A stretch of DNA of 64,000 nucleotides from the human T2T-CHM13v2.0 reference genome, Homo sapiens. Shown here piece by piece: positions 1 through 14,475 of this stretch. The first letter of the stretch is position 1. Each line of letters opens with the position of its first letter. The notes under the pieces were generated by a model. It saw nothing but the letters and a program-made list of their open reading frames with translations. It made no database searches and was not told the DNA's origin. A program made the position numbers and the translations under genes. Location: the NCBI RefSeq assembly GCF_009914755.1, contig NC_060936.1. One strand, 5' to 3'.

Positions 1-589
1 AAGGAGCGGGCACCTCCCTCTTCATGCCTGTCTCAAGAATTACCAGAAACACAACAGCCGACAAAGTCCCTGTCCCAGGCAAAGTCAGTCCTGCCCAAAA
101 GCAATAAAATAACGTCTTTCTTCTCCATACTCCACCTCAATTTGCTTTTCTTCTAAGAAAAGTCCCTCGGGAAGGTATAGCTGTGTTTCCCTGCAGCCTG
201 GGGTGTAAATGCCTGATCTTGGAACCCTTCCTGAATGCGGTTTTGGGTAAGACACTGGAAAAAACTTCTGAAACTGAGAGGCCACTCCAGGGATGCCAAA
301 GTCAAATTTGCTCTGTCCTCAGCGGACCGTTGCTGAGTTAAACCCAGTCCGGCTGGTTGTTTACTTATTGTTTACTTACCTTCAGATGCTGTAGGCTAAA
401 CGTCCCCAGGACTTGTAACAAGGAGAGGCAACATCACAGAGGTGGGGATTGGTAACCAATCACAGAGAAGCGGCCGCCCAAACCTCTGTTGTCCTACCTT
501 CCCTCTCCTTGAGTTAAAAAAAAAACAAAACAAAACAAAAAACAAAAAACGTCTCGGAAATTACATAGACGTCCCTCAGAGTCCCTACC

Positions 590-1120
590 CTGGAAAAACG
601 GGGTCAACTTCCCGCACCACCCTGCCCAGGCTCCCTTGGGGGTCCCCAATCCCGAAGGGTGGGAGTTCGGATGCCGCCTCCTTCACTCCCTCCCTCCTAC
701 CACCTGTAGGAGACCAGGACCAGGTCCAGCCGGAAAACTCACCGCGCGGCCCGGGAGTCGCCATGATGTGGACGCGGACCCCGCCGGCCCGCGGCCGCGC
801 GCTTCTGGGCAGGCTTATGCCGCCGCGGGGCTAATTCCATCGCGGCTCAGCTCCGTCCCGGCGCGCCCGCCCCTCGCCGGCTGCCGCCTCCTCCTCCCCC
901 ATCCCTCCCGGCCGCCGGCGCCGCGCAGCCACAGCCCAGCTCTCCCCGCTGCGCCCTGGGCGCCCGGGTGCTGGGAGCGGGGCGTCGAGAATGGAGCGCG
1001 GTCCCGCGGCCGGGTTGAGTCCAGGACACACTCGGGTCCGTGGGGCTGAGGGGCGAGACAGTAAACGCTCCCTGCTCCCCCAGAGCCGGGGCAACGCCCC
1101 ACAACCTGCTTCGAGTGTAA
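590..1120. promoter_or_regulatory. ANO2: CpG island / ANO2 proximal promoter
   Basis: Very GC- and CpG-dense stretch with a GC box (CCCGCCC ~866-872) and G-runs on the minus strand; surrounds the ANO2 ATG at 764. Boundaries approximate. Confidence 0.85.
743..764 (-). CDS. ANO2: ANO2 (TMEM16B, Ca-activated chloride channel) first coding exon, MATPGPR-D isoform
   Basis: Minus strand reads ATG GCG ACT CCC GGG CCG CGC G|GTGAGT = MATPGPR plus a phase-1 G, matching the recalled ANO2 N-terminus MATPGPRDIPLL. The gene continues off the left edge. Confidence 0.9.
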
Positions 1121-1697
1121 AAATTCAGCCGGATTATCTCATGAACTGTCTGGCTGATTAGTTTCCAATCCTGCCAGCAAAACCTTCTTCCCGCCGCCCC
1201 AAAGGGTCATCCACTGCCCAAGAGTTAGCCCTGGGGCGGGAGTGGGGGCGAGCCCCTGGACGGCGGATCTCCCACACCTGTCTCCATACTAGGTGGAGAC
1301 CAGCTGTCCTCACCTTGCCCTAGGTTAAGCAGAACAAAAGGGAGAAGAGGCAGGTAGTAAGTGCACAAGGGACCGCAAAACAGGAGGGGCTGCCAGAGGC
1401 AGGAGGAGGGGTCCATTTTATAAGAGCTCTCCCATGAGACGCTAGGAGGGTTAAGGAAGGTTGAGGGAGTAGATGATGGAAGCTCCATCCCCAGAGGGGA
1501 AGAGGAGTGCCAGCTCCCCGGGACAGTTCACGGACCTGGGCAGGGGGATGGGAGGGAAGACCTCCAAAGGGCCCTTCTGCACGATGGAATCTGCAACTCC
1601 AAGATGCACAGAAGTAAAACAAGTTCATTAATACCATGGACCCCCAAAATGAAGAAGTACTATGTTAAGGTCAAGTATGCCATTTGTGATCACTGAC

Positions 1698-1707
1698 CTT
1701 CAGGCAT
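1698..1707 (-). CDS. ANO2: ANO2 alternative distal first coding exon (MPE-D isoform)
   Basis: Minus strand reads ATG CCT GAA G|GTCAGT, the same phase-1 donor as the CpG-island exon. Consistent with a recalled isoform 4 aa shorter. TATAAAG on the minus strand at 1759-1765. Confidence 0.7.
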
Positions 1708-4419
1708 GAAGATTTTCTCTCCTATATTGATAAGGTAGGCTGGTCATGATAGATCCCACTTTATAGAGAAGGAGCCTGGGGAAGCAAAGGGGAGTAAGTG
1801 ACACCACAGTCGAGGGCAGAGCAGAAGGAAAACCACAAGATGTGATGTCCCAACCCAGGCCTTTATTCCATCCACTGCAAGTACTACCAGCTAATGCTTC
1901 TACAGGACTTCCTCTCCACCCAACACCCTTCTCAGTGCTTTCCCTATGGTAGTTATTTTAATCCTAACAATAAGTATATGAGGCAATCACTGCAGTGTGC
2001 CCATTTTACAGATGAGAGAACTGCAGTGTTAAATGGCAAGTAACTTGCCTCTAAGAGGATCCTAGGATTCCAAAGCAGGCAGCCTGCCCTGGAGTCTGTG
2101 GCATAACACTCTGCTATTCTGCTCCTTTCTGTCCCTAACAACCCCTTTCTCCCTGTCTACTTCCAGGGACCGTTATGTCTTTTCAATCCCCAAACGATTG
2201 AAAAATGGTCACCATTGCTCTTTCATTCATTCCCTTTCTTCTTTCCCTCCAGCAGTTTCTTAGTGTCTATATACTCCTTCCTTGAGACTCCCCTTAAAAC
2301 ATCCACTTTGGGGCACTCTGTCTTGCCTGGTCTGAGGGTGAGTAAAAAAGAGGGTCCCTGAAACCAGGTACAGATAGTGCCTTTGGAATACCTGTAAATA
2401 AAAGAAGACTGCCGAGACACCGCTCCGCACACACTAGCCCCACAAGTTTCTCTTCTTGCATCCTTTTTACCCAGCTCTCTTCCATCGTTTTGGGTTTTTT
2501 TAAAATAATCAAAACATGCAGTTTTCCGATTCAGCTTTTTTCTTGACGGTAAAATGACATATCAGTAAACATGAGAAGTTCAAGCTAGCAAGACACAGGC
2601 AGTTGGAAAATCAACCACCTATGCTGCAGTGGTAGCCTAGCCTTCCTGCTGAATTTCTCCAGAGCTGATGCCTCCAATAACACCTTGTCCCCAGCTAGAG
2701 TGTTAGGCGATCAGTCAGAAGAGTGACAGTTAATTCCCTGTCCCTGGATCTGGTTTCCTACCAAGAGAGACCTTAGAGGCTACCCAAAGTTGGGAGTGGG
2801 GTGATGGATGGAGAGACAGTAACCTTTTAATTACTGAGTAGTTACATAAAACTTCTATCCATTCTTCCTCCCTTCTGCCCCACTAAACTCCCCACCAAGC
2901 CTACTCAGCATAATCTATGCCATTTTCCTGTAATGTGGCTTCTCTTAAGGTTAAGCTCAGGCAGTAACAGAAGTGGTGGGAACTTAAGGGTGCAGCAGTC
3001 ACTGGTCCCCATGTCAGCACGGGAGGAGTGTAAGCAACAGGGATGCTGTGGCTCTGATGGGGTGGCCTGGGAGTTCTTATGCAGGTGTCAAGTCACCTGG
3101 GTTCTGAACCTGGCCCTGCCACCCAGCAGTTATGACCTTTGGCAAGTCACTTGAATTCTCTGAGCTGCTTTCATCACTTGTAAAGGAGTGGAGGAGGGAC
3201 AGTGGACTAGATGATGTCTAAGTCCCTTTTGATTCCATTATCCAGTACTTTCAATGAGCTGAGTCTCTCCTGTGTCAAAAGTATTTGGAATGAAAATCAA
3301 TTCTTCATCAAATTCTTGTAATCCAGGACATCCCCTTCTTTCTCATGGGTATTCTCCCCAGCAAGAGTCCCCACCATCTTGCCAGCATGTACATGAAAAT
3401 TCTTCCATACATTTTAAGGAAGGACCATCTCTAACTGCAAGTGACAGTACCAGTTAGTGATTTGGGGACTGGATGATGTTTGGTGTTATCTACACCACTT
3501 CCTCTTCCACTGAAGGATGTCTGGAGTATGTAGGACCTTGGCATCAAGCATAAAGCCTGATAGAAACCCAGCCGGTCCAGCCCTCACCACAAAGGAAATC
3601 TCTAATGCTCTGCTGTTAACATTAGAGTCTCTTATTCCCTACCGAAAGCCTTGATCTCCCCATTGTTATTCTCGCCACTTCTTACATGATTACAGAGCAA
3701 TTTACAGTTACCTAAGGACTTGCAGGCCCTATTTTAGGCTGAGGTTGTTTATCCTTACCACCTTATGAGTGAGAACAACACTCCTGTTTTCCAGATGAGG
3801 AAACTGAGTCTGAGAACCACCAAGGGGCTTGTTTGAGGCCACACAGCTGAGCGAGGGCCATGTGTGGAGCCCAGGTCTGCCTCCAAATCTGGGGCTCATG
3901 GCCTCAGGCTGAGTTGGGTGACCACACTACTGCACCTGCCAGCACCCTGTTTCCAGGTCCCCATCAGTCGTCAGCACCTCTCCCTCCCACAGGGGCCACT
4001 ATGGGTACACAGGAACCCTGTGAGCCACGGGCTCAGAGAAATCCTTGCACACCTGGTCAGACACCTTCTCCACACTGCCAGCCATGTGACAACAATAGTA
4101 TCTATCTCAGCAGGAGCCTGGCTCCAGGACCCACCCCTCTGCTATGTTCAGAAGCCCCTCCATTCAGAGACTGGAGAATCCAGTGTTGCTGGGAAAATCC
4201 CTTTTACTTTGTGCTGAGTTTCAGAAGAGGCCTACCCCATGCTATGCCTTTCCCACCCCTGGAGGCAAAGACATCACTCTTCCCCAGAGGTTGGCAGTAT
4301 CTCACACTGACACTGAGGCTTGCAGATGGGGCCTGTGCTTCCTTCCTCAGAACCGGTCTCAGAACTCAGCCCCTGCCCACCGTTGCCATCTCAGCCCTAC
4401 GACACAGTGCACCAGCAGC

Positions 4420-4558
4420 CTTTTGCAAGATAAGAGCTCAGCCTTTATTGTGGGCTCAGAAGGGCACAAGAGCAGAACATGCAGAGGACTGGCAGCACTC
4501 TGGCCTGGCCATCAGGCCAAGGCAGGCAGCAGCAGGCACCCATGCAGCTGCAGCAGCC
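4420..4558 (-). terminator. VWF: VWF 3'UTR and polyadenylation signal (AATAAA at 4449-4444)
   Basis: TTTATT at 4444-4449 on plus, about 110 nt after the stop; GU-containing sequence downstream. Cleavage position approximate. Confidence 0.85.
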
Positions 4559-4933
<375 letters not shown>

Positions 4934-5310
4934 CTATGGTAATAATATCATACCCACACCCCTCTAGCTGCAATTTTTATGCATGTTAATGCATAAAATG
5001 TTTTATGCCTGATTATGCATGTTTTATGCAGGAAAATTTTATATATGTTTGACTGATCTTCAAGAATTGTGGCCCCCATCTTGCATAAATAACTCTCCAT
5101 TTTCTGTAAAGGATTTGCTGAGTCTTTCCTCCATTTTTGTTTTTTTCCTGGAGTCAAAAATTTCCAGTTACTTCAATAAAACATTTGCTTAAAAAAAATG
5201 CTTCCAGTTTATTTCCCTTCTCTTCCCTGCGAATTTTCCAGATCCTTCTAGAATGTAACTAAGGATAGGTATCCGAACACGGAGGCTCAGCCCTCCACAC
5301 CCAGCCCTTA

Positions 5311-5484
<174 letters not shown>

Positions 5485-7386
5485 TCAGCCCCAGTGCCCT
5501 CACTGGGCTGGAAATAGGTCCCTTTCACAGTAACCAAATAAAGCCAGCCACAGGGAGGGAATTCAGTTATCCTGGTTCACCTCAGCTGTTCCTGGCCCGA
5601 AATATGCAGAGATATAGTTATTGCTGGACTTAACTCACTTAATGGTACAATTTTAATTGCAGGAAGAGCCTAAATTCACTGTGCTATGGTGATGTAAAAT
5701 GAGGAAGACTTGCCTTTGTATCATTGTAGACTCTAAAAACCACATGGCTAAAGCAACCCTCTTGTGCTTGTAACTACATTCAGAAGCTAATGGGCAATGA
5801 AGTAGTCAATAAGTATAATTACTATCTCTTCATTCCTGCCTTGGGGTAAGAGGAAAGGCGAAGTCATGGTGATGTAAGGGCATACCCTGCCTCTCTGGGG
5901 ACCGAGAAGATCCCTAGGCACCTTTGTGAAGGCCTCTCTTCGGGTACTGCTGACTCCAGGTTGCTGACATGGGGGTTTCCTTTCACACAGGGGTTAGTGG
6001 CATTCAGATCTGAATCTCTACTTGGCCCACTGGGAATTCAAAAATTTAATCCCAGCTCACCATTCCAGTCTGAACACTGGGAGTTTTCTGTCCTTAGATG
6101 GCTCGAAATCTAAATCAACCCTAACTACATATTAGTCTGCCTCCTAATTTCTAGATAATTTCATTGTAAAGGGAAAGCCTGCCAATTACATTAAGAGGAT
6201 GAATTAAAAAAAAAAAACATTTAGACCAGCATACTATACTATGTTGCTGTGGATTTAAGGCCCTGAGCCTGGCTTATTGTCCTTATTAAAGATCTCGAAG
6301 CCTCTTGAATGAGTTGACCAACAAAGACCCTTTGTGGTGGTTTTGTAGGTAACAGTCTCCTAATCAAATTCCACGTGCAGTGTGCCTAGAGAGAATTCTT
6401 CTTCTCTGATGGTTTCCTGACTTCACATTCTTAAACCATTCAAATGGGAATCATAGAAAGACATGCTTTCAGAGTGCTTCCTCGATCTGAGATTTGGTTA
6501 CAGCAATTGCAGGGGCTGTCAAGAATGAATGATTGAACACTGAAAGTATTCATGTTTTCACTCTTCCTTTCTCTATCTGTAAACAAGCATGGACCTGTGA
6601 ACCCAGGGCAGAAAAGAAATACCCTAATCTAAAACAAAAAATCTTAGTCCAGGCAAGTAATTCTATATTCAGAAATTATGGCATTAGCATTGGGATCCTG
6701 AAAGTTATTTGTGCTCACAAACACAAGCATGTATGGGAAGAACACTGTCTGATGTGCAGATTTGTGTCTCGTCTCCAAAGCTGCTGCTGTGAGCAATGAG
6801 AACCAATCAGTAGGACATAACTACGAGGTAAAGAGGAGCTCAGAGTGAAGAAGAGGGGGTGATAAACTTAGACCAGCCCCCACAGCACATGTGGGCTGTT
6901 GTCAGCCAGCTGGTGGCTTCGCTTTCTCTTTGAGATAGCTTTAGCACACTCATGAATAGATATGTGTTGAGAGTCTACTCTGTCAGGATCATAGATCCAA
7001 GGTGCCTGTCTTCAAGAAGCTTTGGTTAGAGAGGGAACATATCGTCCCAGGATAGGACTATGAGCAATCAAAGATCCTATGAGGGAAAAGGCACATAAGA
7101 AGCTGGAGACAGGAGGGAGTTTGCAGGAAAAGGGGAAAGAGATTGCTCCATGGGATCTAAAAGGGAGTTCAAGAGGGCAGTCTGATGACATCCAAGGAGG
7201 GGAGGCTGCTCCCTGCAAGACTGAACATAATGACTGACCAGTGGTCACGAAATATCTTTCTGAAATAAAGCTTACTCCAAAGAACAGTCATGCGGCTTGC
7301 TAATGGGTTTCAAGGAGCAAGCTGCAAAGAGCCCCTGGACTTGCTCTGATGGGTTTCAAGGGACAAGATATTAGTAACGCACTCAC

Positions 7387-7426
7387 ATGTGTCACAGCAG
7401 GTGCCTGGAATTTTCATAATTTTACC
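7387..7426 (-). CDS. VWF: VWF exon 50 (aa 2706-2719, C6)
   Basis: ttag|GGTAAAATTATG...GKIMKIPGTCCDT|gtgagt; 40 nt, ends in phase 1. Confidence 0.96.
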
Positions 7427-7933
7427 CTAAGAAAACAGCAAAATTTCAGGTTAGGCACAAACAGTACAGAGTAGACAGCTTTCAGGTCACTCCGGGCCAA
7501 TTTTTAGCTCCGAACTCACAGCCCTGTGCTTAAGTGCCCAGATGTAAACTATGCTTTCCTATCATAAATGTGAGCAGCTTGACCACCCTACCTGACCAGG
7601 CTGAAACAATTTTGATGATTCTGAATTCTCTTCCAGTTGAGTCATCAGGATCTTCATTCCCAGGGAGACTAAAAATCAGTTTGATCTCACATTTTATTCA
7701 AGAATCACACACTCAGCCTCCCTTAAGGAAAATATTTTTTTAAAACATCCTATATTGCAGAGAATTTTATCTCTCCGTAGGCTTTGATTTCGTAATCTCA
7801 CTGATTCTTCAACTAGGCCAGAGATGTGCCTCAGACACTGAGAAATTATGCCGGAGCTGGGATGCACACTATTCAGAAGAATCTTGTTCTTAGAGATTGA
7901 GACAGTAAAGAGGAAAGCAGAATGAGTACTCAC

Positions 7934-8062
7934 TCCCTCAGCCAGACACTTGTGTTCATCAAAGGGTGGGCAGCCTGTGACCCTCTTCTCCCAGAAGTAC
8001 TCTCCTCTCTCATTGACCTTGCAGAAGTGAGTATCACAGCCATCCTGGAGCGTCTCATCACG
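7934..8062 (-). CDS. VWF: VWF exon 49 (aa 2663-2705, C6)
   Basis: ccag|[43 protein letters not shown]|gtgagt; 129 nt. Confidence 0.97.
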
Positions 8063-8489
8063 CTGGAAGGAAAGAGGAGTGGGTAAAGTCAGAGACAGTG
8101 TTTGGTTCACAAAGCCACTTCAAACCATGAGCTTGACTCCATGGAGATGACGAAACAATCTGCAGAACCATGAAACAAGAAGACAGTGTATAATAAAGCC
8201 CCCACACCCAGAACACAGACCAGAAGTGGAGTCCCAGTTTTACAGCTTGTATCCTATGAACAGGGCTGCTATGTAGACTCTTCCGACCAGTTAAATGCTT
8301 GAAGGATTGAGATATAGCAACAGCAAACTGGCTAGCTGATAACTGAACTAGAGATGAACGAAGGGAACTACCTCCCAGCCCCACCAGCTAGTCCGGACTT
8401 CATAGACCAGAGTTTGTTTCACGCTGATGGCCTGTCCAGTCTTACAGACGCCCAAGGGTAGAGAAAATCTTAAAGATCAACCACCTCCA

Positions 8490-8888
<399 letters not shown>

Positions 8889-9038
8889 TCATCTATCTTT
8901 TCTTTATATAATCAGAAAGAAATAGAAAAAGAAGCCAATACTGAACCAAACTTAGCCCCTCTTCCTTGAAGAAAAATTTCCAAAAAAGGAAGCAAGATGG
9001 TGATATGTGAGGGAGCCCTGCATTCAGCTTGCTCCTAC

Positions 9039-9137
9039 CTTCAGTGTCATGATCTGTCCTCCTCTTAGCTGAATGGTGCAAGCCGTAGGCAAACATCTCC
9101 CACAACATTCACCTGTGTTATTTTCTTCCTTGTAACC
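9039..9137 (-). CDS. VWF: VWF exon 48 (aa 2630-2662, C5/C6)
   Basis: gcag|[33 protein letters not shown]|gtagga; 99 nt. Confidence 0.97.
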
Positions 9138-9339
9138 CTGCATCCAGAGGGGGAAAAAGCAGCCATAGTTAACCTCCTTAAAACATCCCAATTGTAAGTA
9201 GGCTGATTTTGCTGGCCTCTCATCTCTCTTATCCAGTAGTTTCACCTAGAATTCAGAAAGTCAACGTCCAACTCCAACCAGCTTTTGTCAGTTCTCAGTC
9301 CCCTAGGTAGCATTCCTTCACTCTGCATGTGCACATCTC

Positions 9340-9830
9340 ACTCAAGTTGTAGCAGCCAGACCTATTAAATGAGACCTTTTCCCTGAGCTTCAGACTTACA
9401 AATTCAATTGTTTACTGGACAATTATTCTATTGTCATCTTGAGACTTGCATCCAAAAGGAAATTTGATTTTTGTCCCAAATCTCATCTTTCTCTGGTATT
9501 CCCTATTTTGGTAAGTGGTGTTAATCACCCAGTCTTTCAAACAAGAAATCTGAGAGTTATCCTTGACTTCCCCTTTTTTCTCATCCCCTGCTTATCACCA
9601 AATCTTGCCAAAAATGTATCTCAAACTCATCCATTGCTTGTCATGACCAGTCTCCTCTTTCATCATTGAGTCTAAATAACCATCATCTACCAGGGACTCT
9701 GGTAATAGTCTTATTTTGTCTTCCTACCTTCATTCTTGCTCCCCTGCTACAGGTTACCACACATCTGCCAGAATGACCTTCTTAAAGCCTACGTCTACTC
9801 TTGTGACTCCTCAGCTTAGAAACTTTTGAT
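9340..9830 (+). mobile_element. L2 LINE fragment
   Basis: Degenerate pyrimidine-rich L2-like ORF2/3' sequence, recognised by eye. Confidence 0.55.
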
Positions 9831-10766
9831 GAGGTTCTGGCTGTAGTTACGGCACAGTGGCTTGTATTGGACTAACCTTCCTGCAGATGATGATTATAAA
9901 CAATTAACGAAATATTTAAAGCCAACTGTTCAAAAGCACTGGAAGAAGACCAAAATCAAGAATAAAGTCTAGATTATTTGATCCTTGAAAAAAGGAACCA
10001 TAATGGACAAGATTCATGTTTAAATGGCTTTTCCCATGAGGGCCGTCTGTATGGCACTGGACAGCCAGAACTCAAGCAGAAAACTGTAGTTGTATCTGCC
10101 TGAGGACTCAGCAGACAGTTTGGAACTGCTAGAATAGCTGGAAACTAAAGGGAAAATGTCAGAAAAGAGGAAGTCAGAAACAAGAAGCCCCTAAATCTGC
10201 AAATAAACTCCTCTGAACTCTTTGGTTGATCCCTTAATTATACATCTATAGGAGAGCCTACAAGGAGCCCAGAGACAAAACGACAGCTGGAAAGCTCAAA
10301 CACCTGAGCAGAAATTTCAGTTACCACACACCACATGGGAGAGAGTTTGCTGTCTGAATTCTAACGAGTTGGAGGGGCTGGGTAAACACCTGGGTTTCTA
10401 CTGGAACTTCATAAGGGACAAGCCTTCACAGTAAACACTGTGTCTCAGGACTAAAATATTCAGCCTAGGGCTAAGAAAAATGCTGAAATAGACCTTCCCT
10501 AATGTAGTTTAAAAATCAAGACTTCTATAGTTCAAAATGAACCACCAATAATCTAACCACATTCTAGAACCAAACTTAACCTTTATTATAAAGAAACAAC
10601 AGAATTAAGAGTCTCTTCAACATATCTTCCACCAATGTCTAATACACAGTAAAAAAAAATTTCATGCAAAGAAATAGAAAAATTTGATCTATACCAAGAG
10701 AATTATCACTTAATATAAACAGACACAGAAATGGCCCCAGTATTGCAATTAGCAGGCAGGAACTTT

Positions 10767-11207
10767 TTTTTTATTATACTTTAAGTTTTAGGGTACATGT
10801 GCACAATGTGCAGGTTAGTTACGTATGTATACATGTGCCATGCTGGTGTGCTGCACCCATTAACTCGTCATTTAGCATTACGTATATCTCCTAATGCTAT
10901 CCCTCCCCACTCCCCCCACCCCACACCAGTCCCCAGAGTGTGATGTTCCCCTTCCTGTGTCCATGTGTTCTCATTGTTCAATTCCCATCTATGAGTGAGA
11001 ACATGCGGTGTTTGGTTTTTTGTCCTTGCGATAGTTTACTGAGAATGATGATTTCCAGTTTCATCCATATCCCTACAAAGGACAAGAACTCATCATTTTT
11101 TATGGCTGCATAGTATTCCATGGTGTATATGTGCCACATTTTCTTAATCCAGTCTATCATTGTTGGACATATGGGTTGGTTCCAAGTCTTTGCTATTGTG
11201 ACTAGTG
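10767..11207 (-). mobile_element. 5'-truncated young L1PA (PA3/PA4-like) 3' end
   Basis: Typical L1PA 3'UTR plus ORF2 C-terminus (TIAKTWNQP...MWHIYTMEYYAAIK); perfect 17-bp TSD tagcaggcaggaacttt at 10750-10766 and 11208-11224. Confidence 0.93.
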
Positions 11208-11551
11208 TAGCAGGCAGGAACTTTAAAATAACTATGATAAATATGTTAAAGAGTCTAGAGGAAATGACAGATATAATGGAAAAATAGACAGGGAATTTTA
11301 GGAACAATCTGGAAACTTTAGGAAAAAAATCAAATGGAAATCTTAGAACTAGAAAACACAATACTCTAAATCAAAAACTCACTGGATTGGATTAACTGCA
11401 GACAGGACACAAGAAAAGAAAAGATCCTTGAATTTTAAGACAGATCGATAGAAATTACCCAAACTGAAGCATAGAGAGGAATAAAGATGTAAAAAATATA
11501 AATAGGGAGCCCCAGGGACCAGTGGAACAGTATCAATGGTTTAATAATAAA

Positions 11552-12850
11552 CAGTCATGGGCCAAAAAACAATGTTTCAGTCAACAACAGACTGCATGTA
11601 TGACAACAGTCCCATAAAATTATAATGGAACAGAAAAATTCCTATCACCTGGTGACTTCATAGCACAACACATTACTCCCATGTTTGTGGTGATGCAGGT
11701 GTAAACAAACCTACTGTGCTGCCAGTCATGTAAAAGTATAGCACATGCAATTATGTACTTGATGATAATGTATGTTACTGGTTTATGAATACTTTAGAGA
11801 TACTCCTTCTACTTATTAAAAATATAAAAAGTTAACTGTAAAACAGCCTCGGGTAGGTCCTGCAGGAGTATTCCAGAAGAAGGCATTGTTATCACAGAAG
11901 ACGACATCTCCATGAGTGTTATTTCCCCTGAAGACTTTCCAGTGGAACAAGATGTGGAGGCAGAAGACTGATATTGATTATTCCAGCCCTGCGTAGGCCT
12001 AGACTACTGTGCGTGCTGAGTTTTCATTTTTAACAAAAAAGTTTAAAGATAAAAAAATGCCTATAGTTCCACCTGTTTGGGAGGCTGAGGCAGGAGGATC
12101 AGTTGATCCCAGGAGTTTAAGCTGCAATGAGCTATGATAATGCCTCTGCACTCCAGCCTGGGTGACGAATGAGACCCTGTCTCGAAAAAAAAAAAAAAGA
12201 AGTTAAACAAATTAAAAATTTCAAAAATAGGAAAAAGCTTTTAGAATGAGGATATAAAGAAAAAATATTTTTGTACAGCTGTACAATGTGTTTGTGTTTT
12301 AAGCTAAGTGTTATTACAAGAATCAAAAAGCTTTTAAAATTTTAAAACTTTATAAGTAAAAAAGTTACAGTGAGCTAAAGTTAATTTATTATTGAAGAAA
12401 GAAAAATATTTTGTAGTAAATTTAGGGTAGCCTAAGTGTACAATGTTTATAGACTATAGCAATGTCCTAGGTCTTCGCATTGACCCACCACTCACTCTCT
12501 GACTCACCAAGAGCAACTTCCAGTCCTATAAGCTCCATTCTTGGTAAGTGCCCTATACAGTATGTCATTTTTATCCTTTATATATTTTTTACTGTACCTT
12601 TTCTATGTTTACATGTGTTTAGATATACAAATGCTAACCATTGTGTTACAGTTGCCTACAGTATTCAGCACAGTAACATGCCATACAGGTTTGTCACCTG
12701 GGAGTAACAGGTTATACCACATAACCTAGTTGTGTAGTAGACCATACCATCTGGATTTGCGTATGTGCACTCCACGATCTTTGCACAACAAAAATCACCT
12801 AACGATGCATTTCTTAGAACATATCCCCATTGTTAAGCAACACGTGAATG
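11552..12850 (+). mobile_element. Tigger3(b)-like TcMar DNA transposon containing an Alu monomer fragment (~12058-12200)
   Basis: Ends CAGTCATG...gtttcagtcaac...cccataaaattataatgg and ...gttaagcaacacgtgaatg|ta resemble the Tigger3 termini. Confidence 0.8.
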
Positions 12851-13947
12851 TACGTGTAATTAGAGTTTCAGAAAGACAGTAAAACAAAATGAAACAGAAA
12901 AAAATTAAGGAAATAATAACTGAAATTTTTCTCAATTTGATCAGAAAATCAACCCACAAATCCAGGAAACTATGAATCCAAAATAGAAAAGGTAGGAAGA
13001 AAATTACACAAAAGCATATACTCAAGCTTCTGAAAACTAAAGAAAAACTGTTAAAGCATCCATTAGAAGGGGGGAAATGCATACAGGAAAACAACAATAA
13101 AAATGGCGGCTGACTGGTCATCAGAAATAACACAAGCCAAAGACTAAGAAACATACTTAAAGTGATGAAATTTAAAAACAAACCCGTCAACCTAGAATTC
13201 TATATTCAGTAAATGAAGGCAGAATAGAGACATTTTCAGATAAATGAAATCTTAGAAATGTGTTGTCATCCAGCCCTGCACTAAAAGAAGTTCTTTAGGC
13301 TGAAGGGAAATGATATAATATGGAAATTCAGATATATAAGAAGGAAGAGCACTGAAAATTATAAATATGTAGGTAAATATAAATCACCACTTTCAGTTCA
13401 CTTTTTAAATTCCATATAAGACAAATGACTGTTTAAAGCAAAAATAATAGCAATACCTTGTGGAATTTCTCTCTTCTTATGTAGAAGTAAACTGTATGAC
13501 AACAAATGTACAAATTATGGAAAAAGTATGTTGTACATGAAATGTTATATTATTCAATCAAAGTGTACTGTGATAAGTCTAGAGCAACCACTAAAATAGT
13601 AATATGAAGAAATACAGTGAAAAGGCCAATAAAGAGATATAGTACTAAAAAAAAGAAAAAAAAGAAAAACTCAGTTGAACCAAAAGACAAAAAAGAATTA
13701 ACAACAGAACAAGTAACAAAGAAGACAGCAGATAAAATGAATAACAGAAGAATAGCTTTAACCCCAACCATATCAATAATTACATTAAATGGAGATTGTC
13801 ACCTTTAGATTTTAAAAAGCAAAATTCAATTAGTATGTTGTTTTCAAGAGACGCACTTTTAATTTAGATAGATAGGTTGAGAAGAAAGATCTAATAGACA
13901 AATTAGTCAAAATAAGAAAGTTGATATAGGTGTATTAATACCAAACA

Positions 13948-14269
<322 letters not shown>

Positions 14270-14475
14270 TTAGGGGAAGCAGGGAAAGGATTTTTACCTG
14301 TTTTCTTTCACTAATTTGATCCCTCTGCTTGGATAAATGATAGTAGATACCATATATGTTGAATGAGTGAATAACTGACTGTAATTCTTAGTTTGTTATC
14401 TTGGTCCATTGTTGCCAAGCTTAGATAGGACTAGAGACAGCCTAAGATGAGGAATGTTACCAAAAATAAAGGAGG

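Noticed and set aside
442-1104. Five overlapping Pro/Arg/Gly-rich ORFs
   Set aside because: Stop-poor CpG-island artefacts; only the 22-nt ANO2 exon is supported.
10978-11361. 127-aa ORF with a recognisable protein tail
   Set aside because: L1 ORF2 C-terminus of the truncated L1PA fused by chance to flanking sequence.
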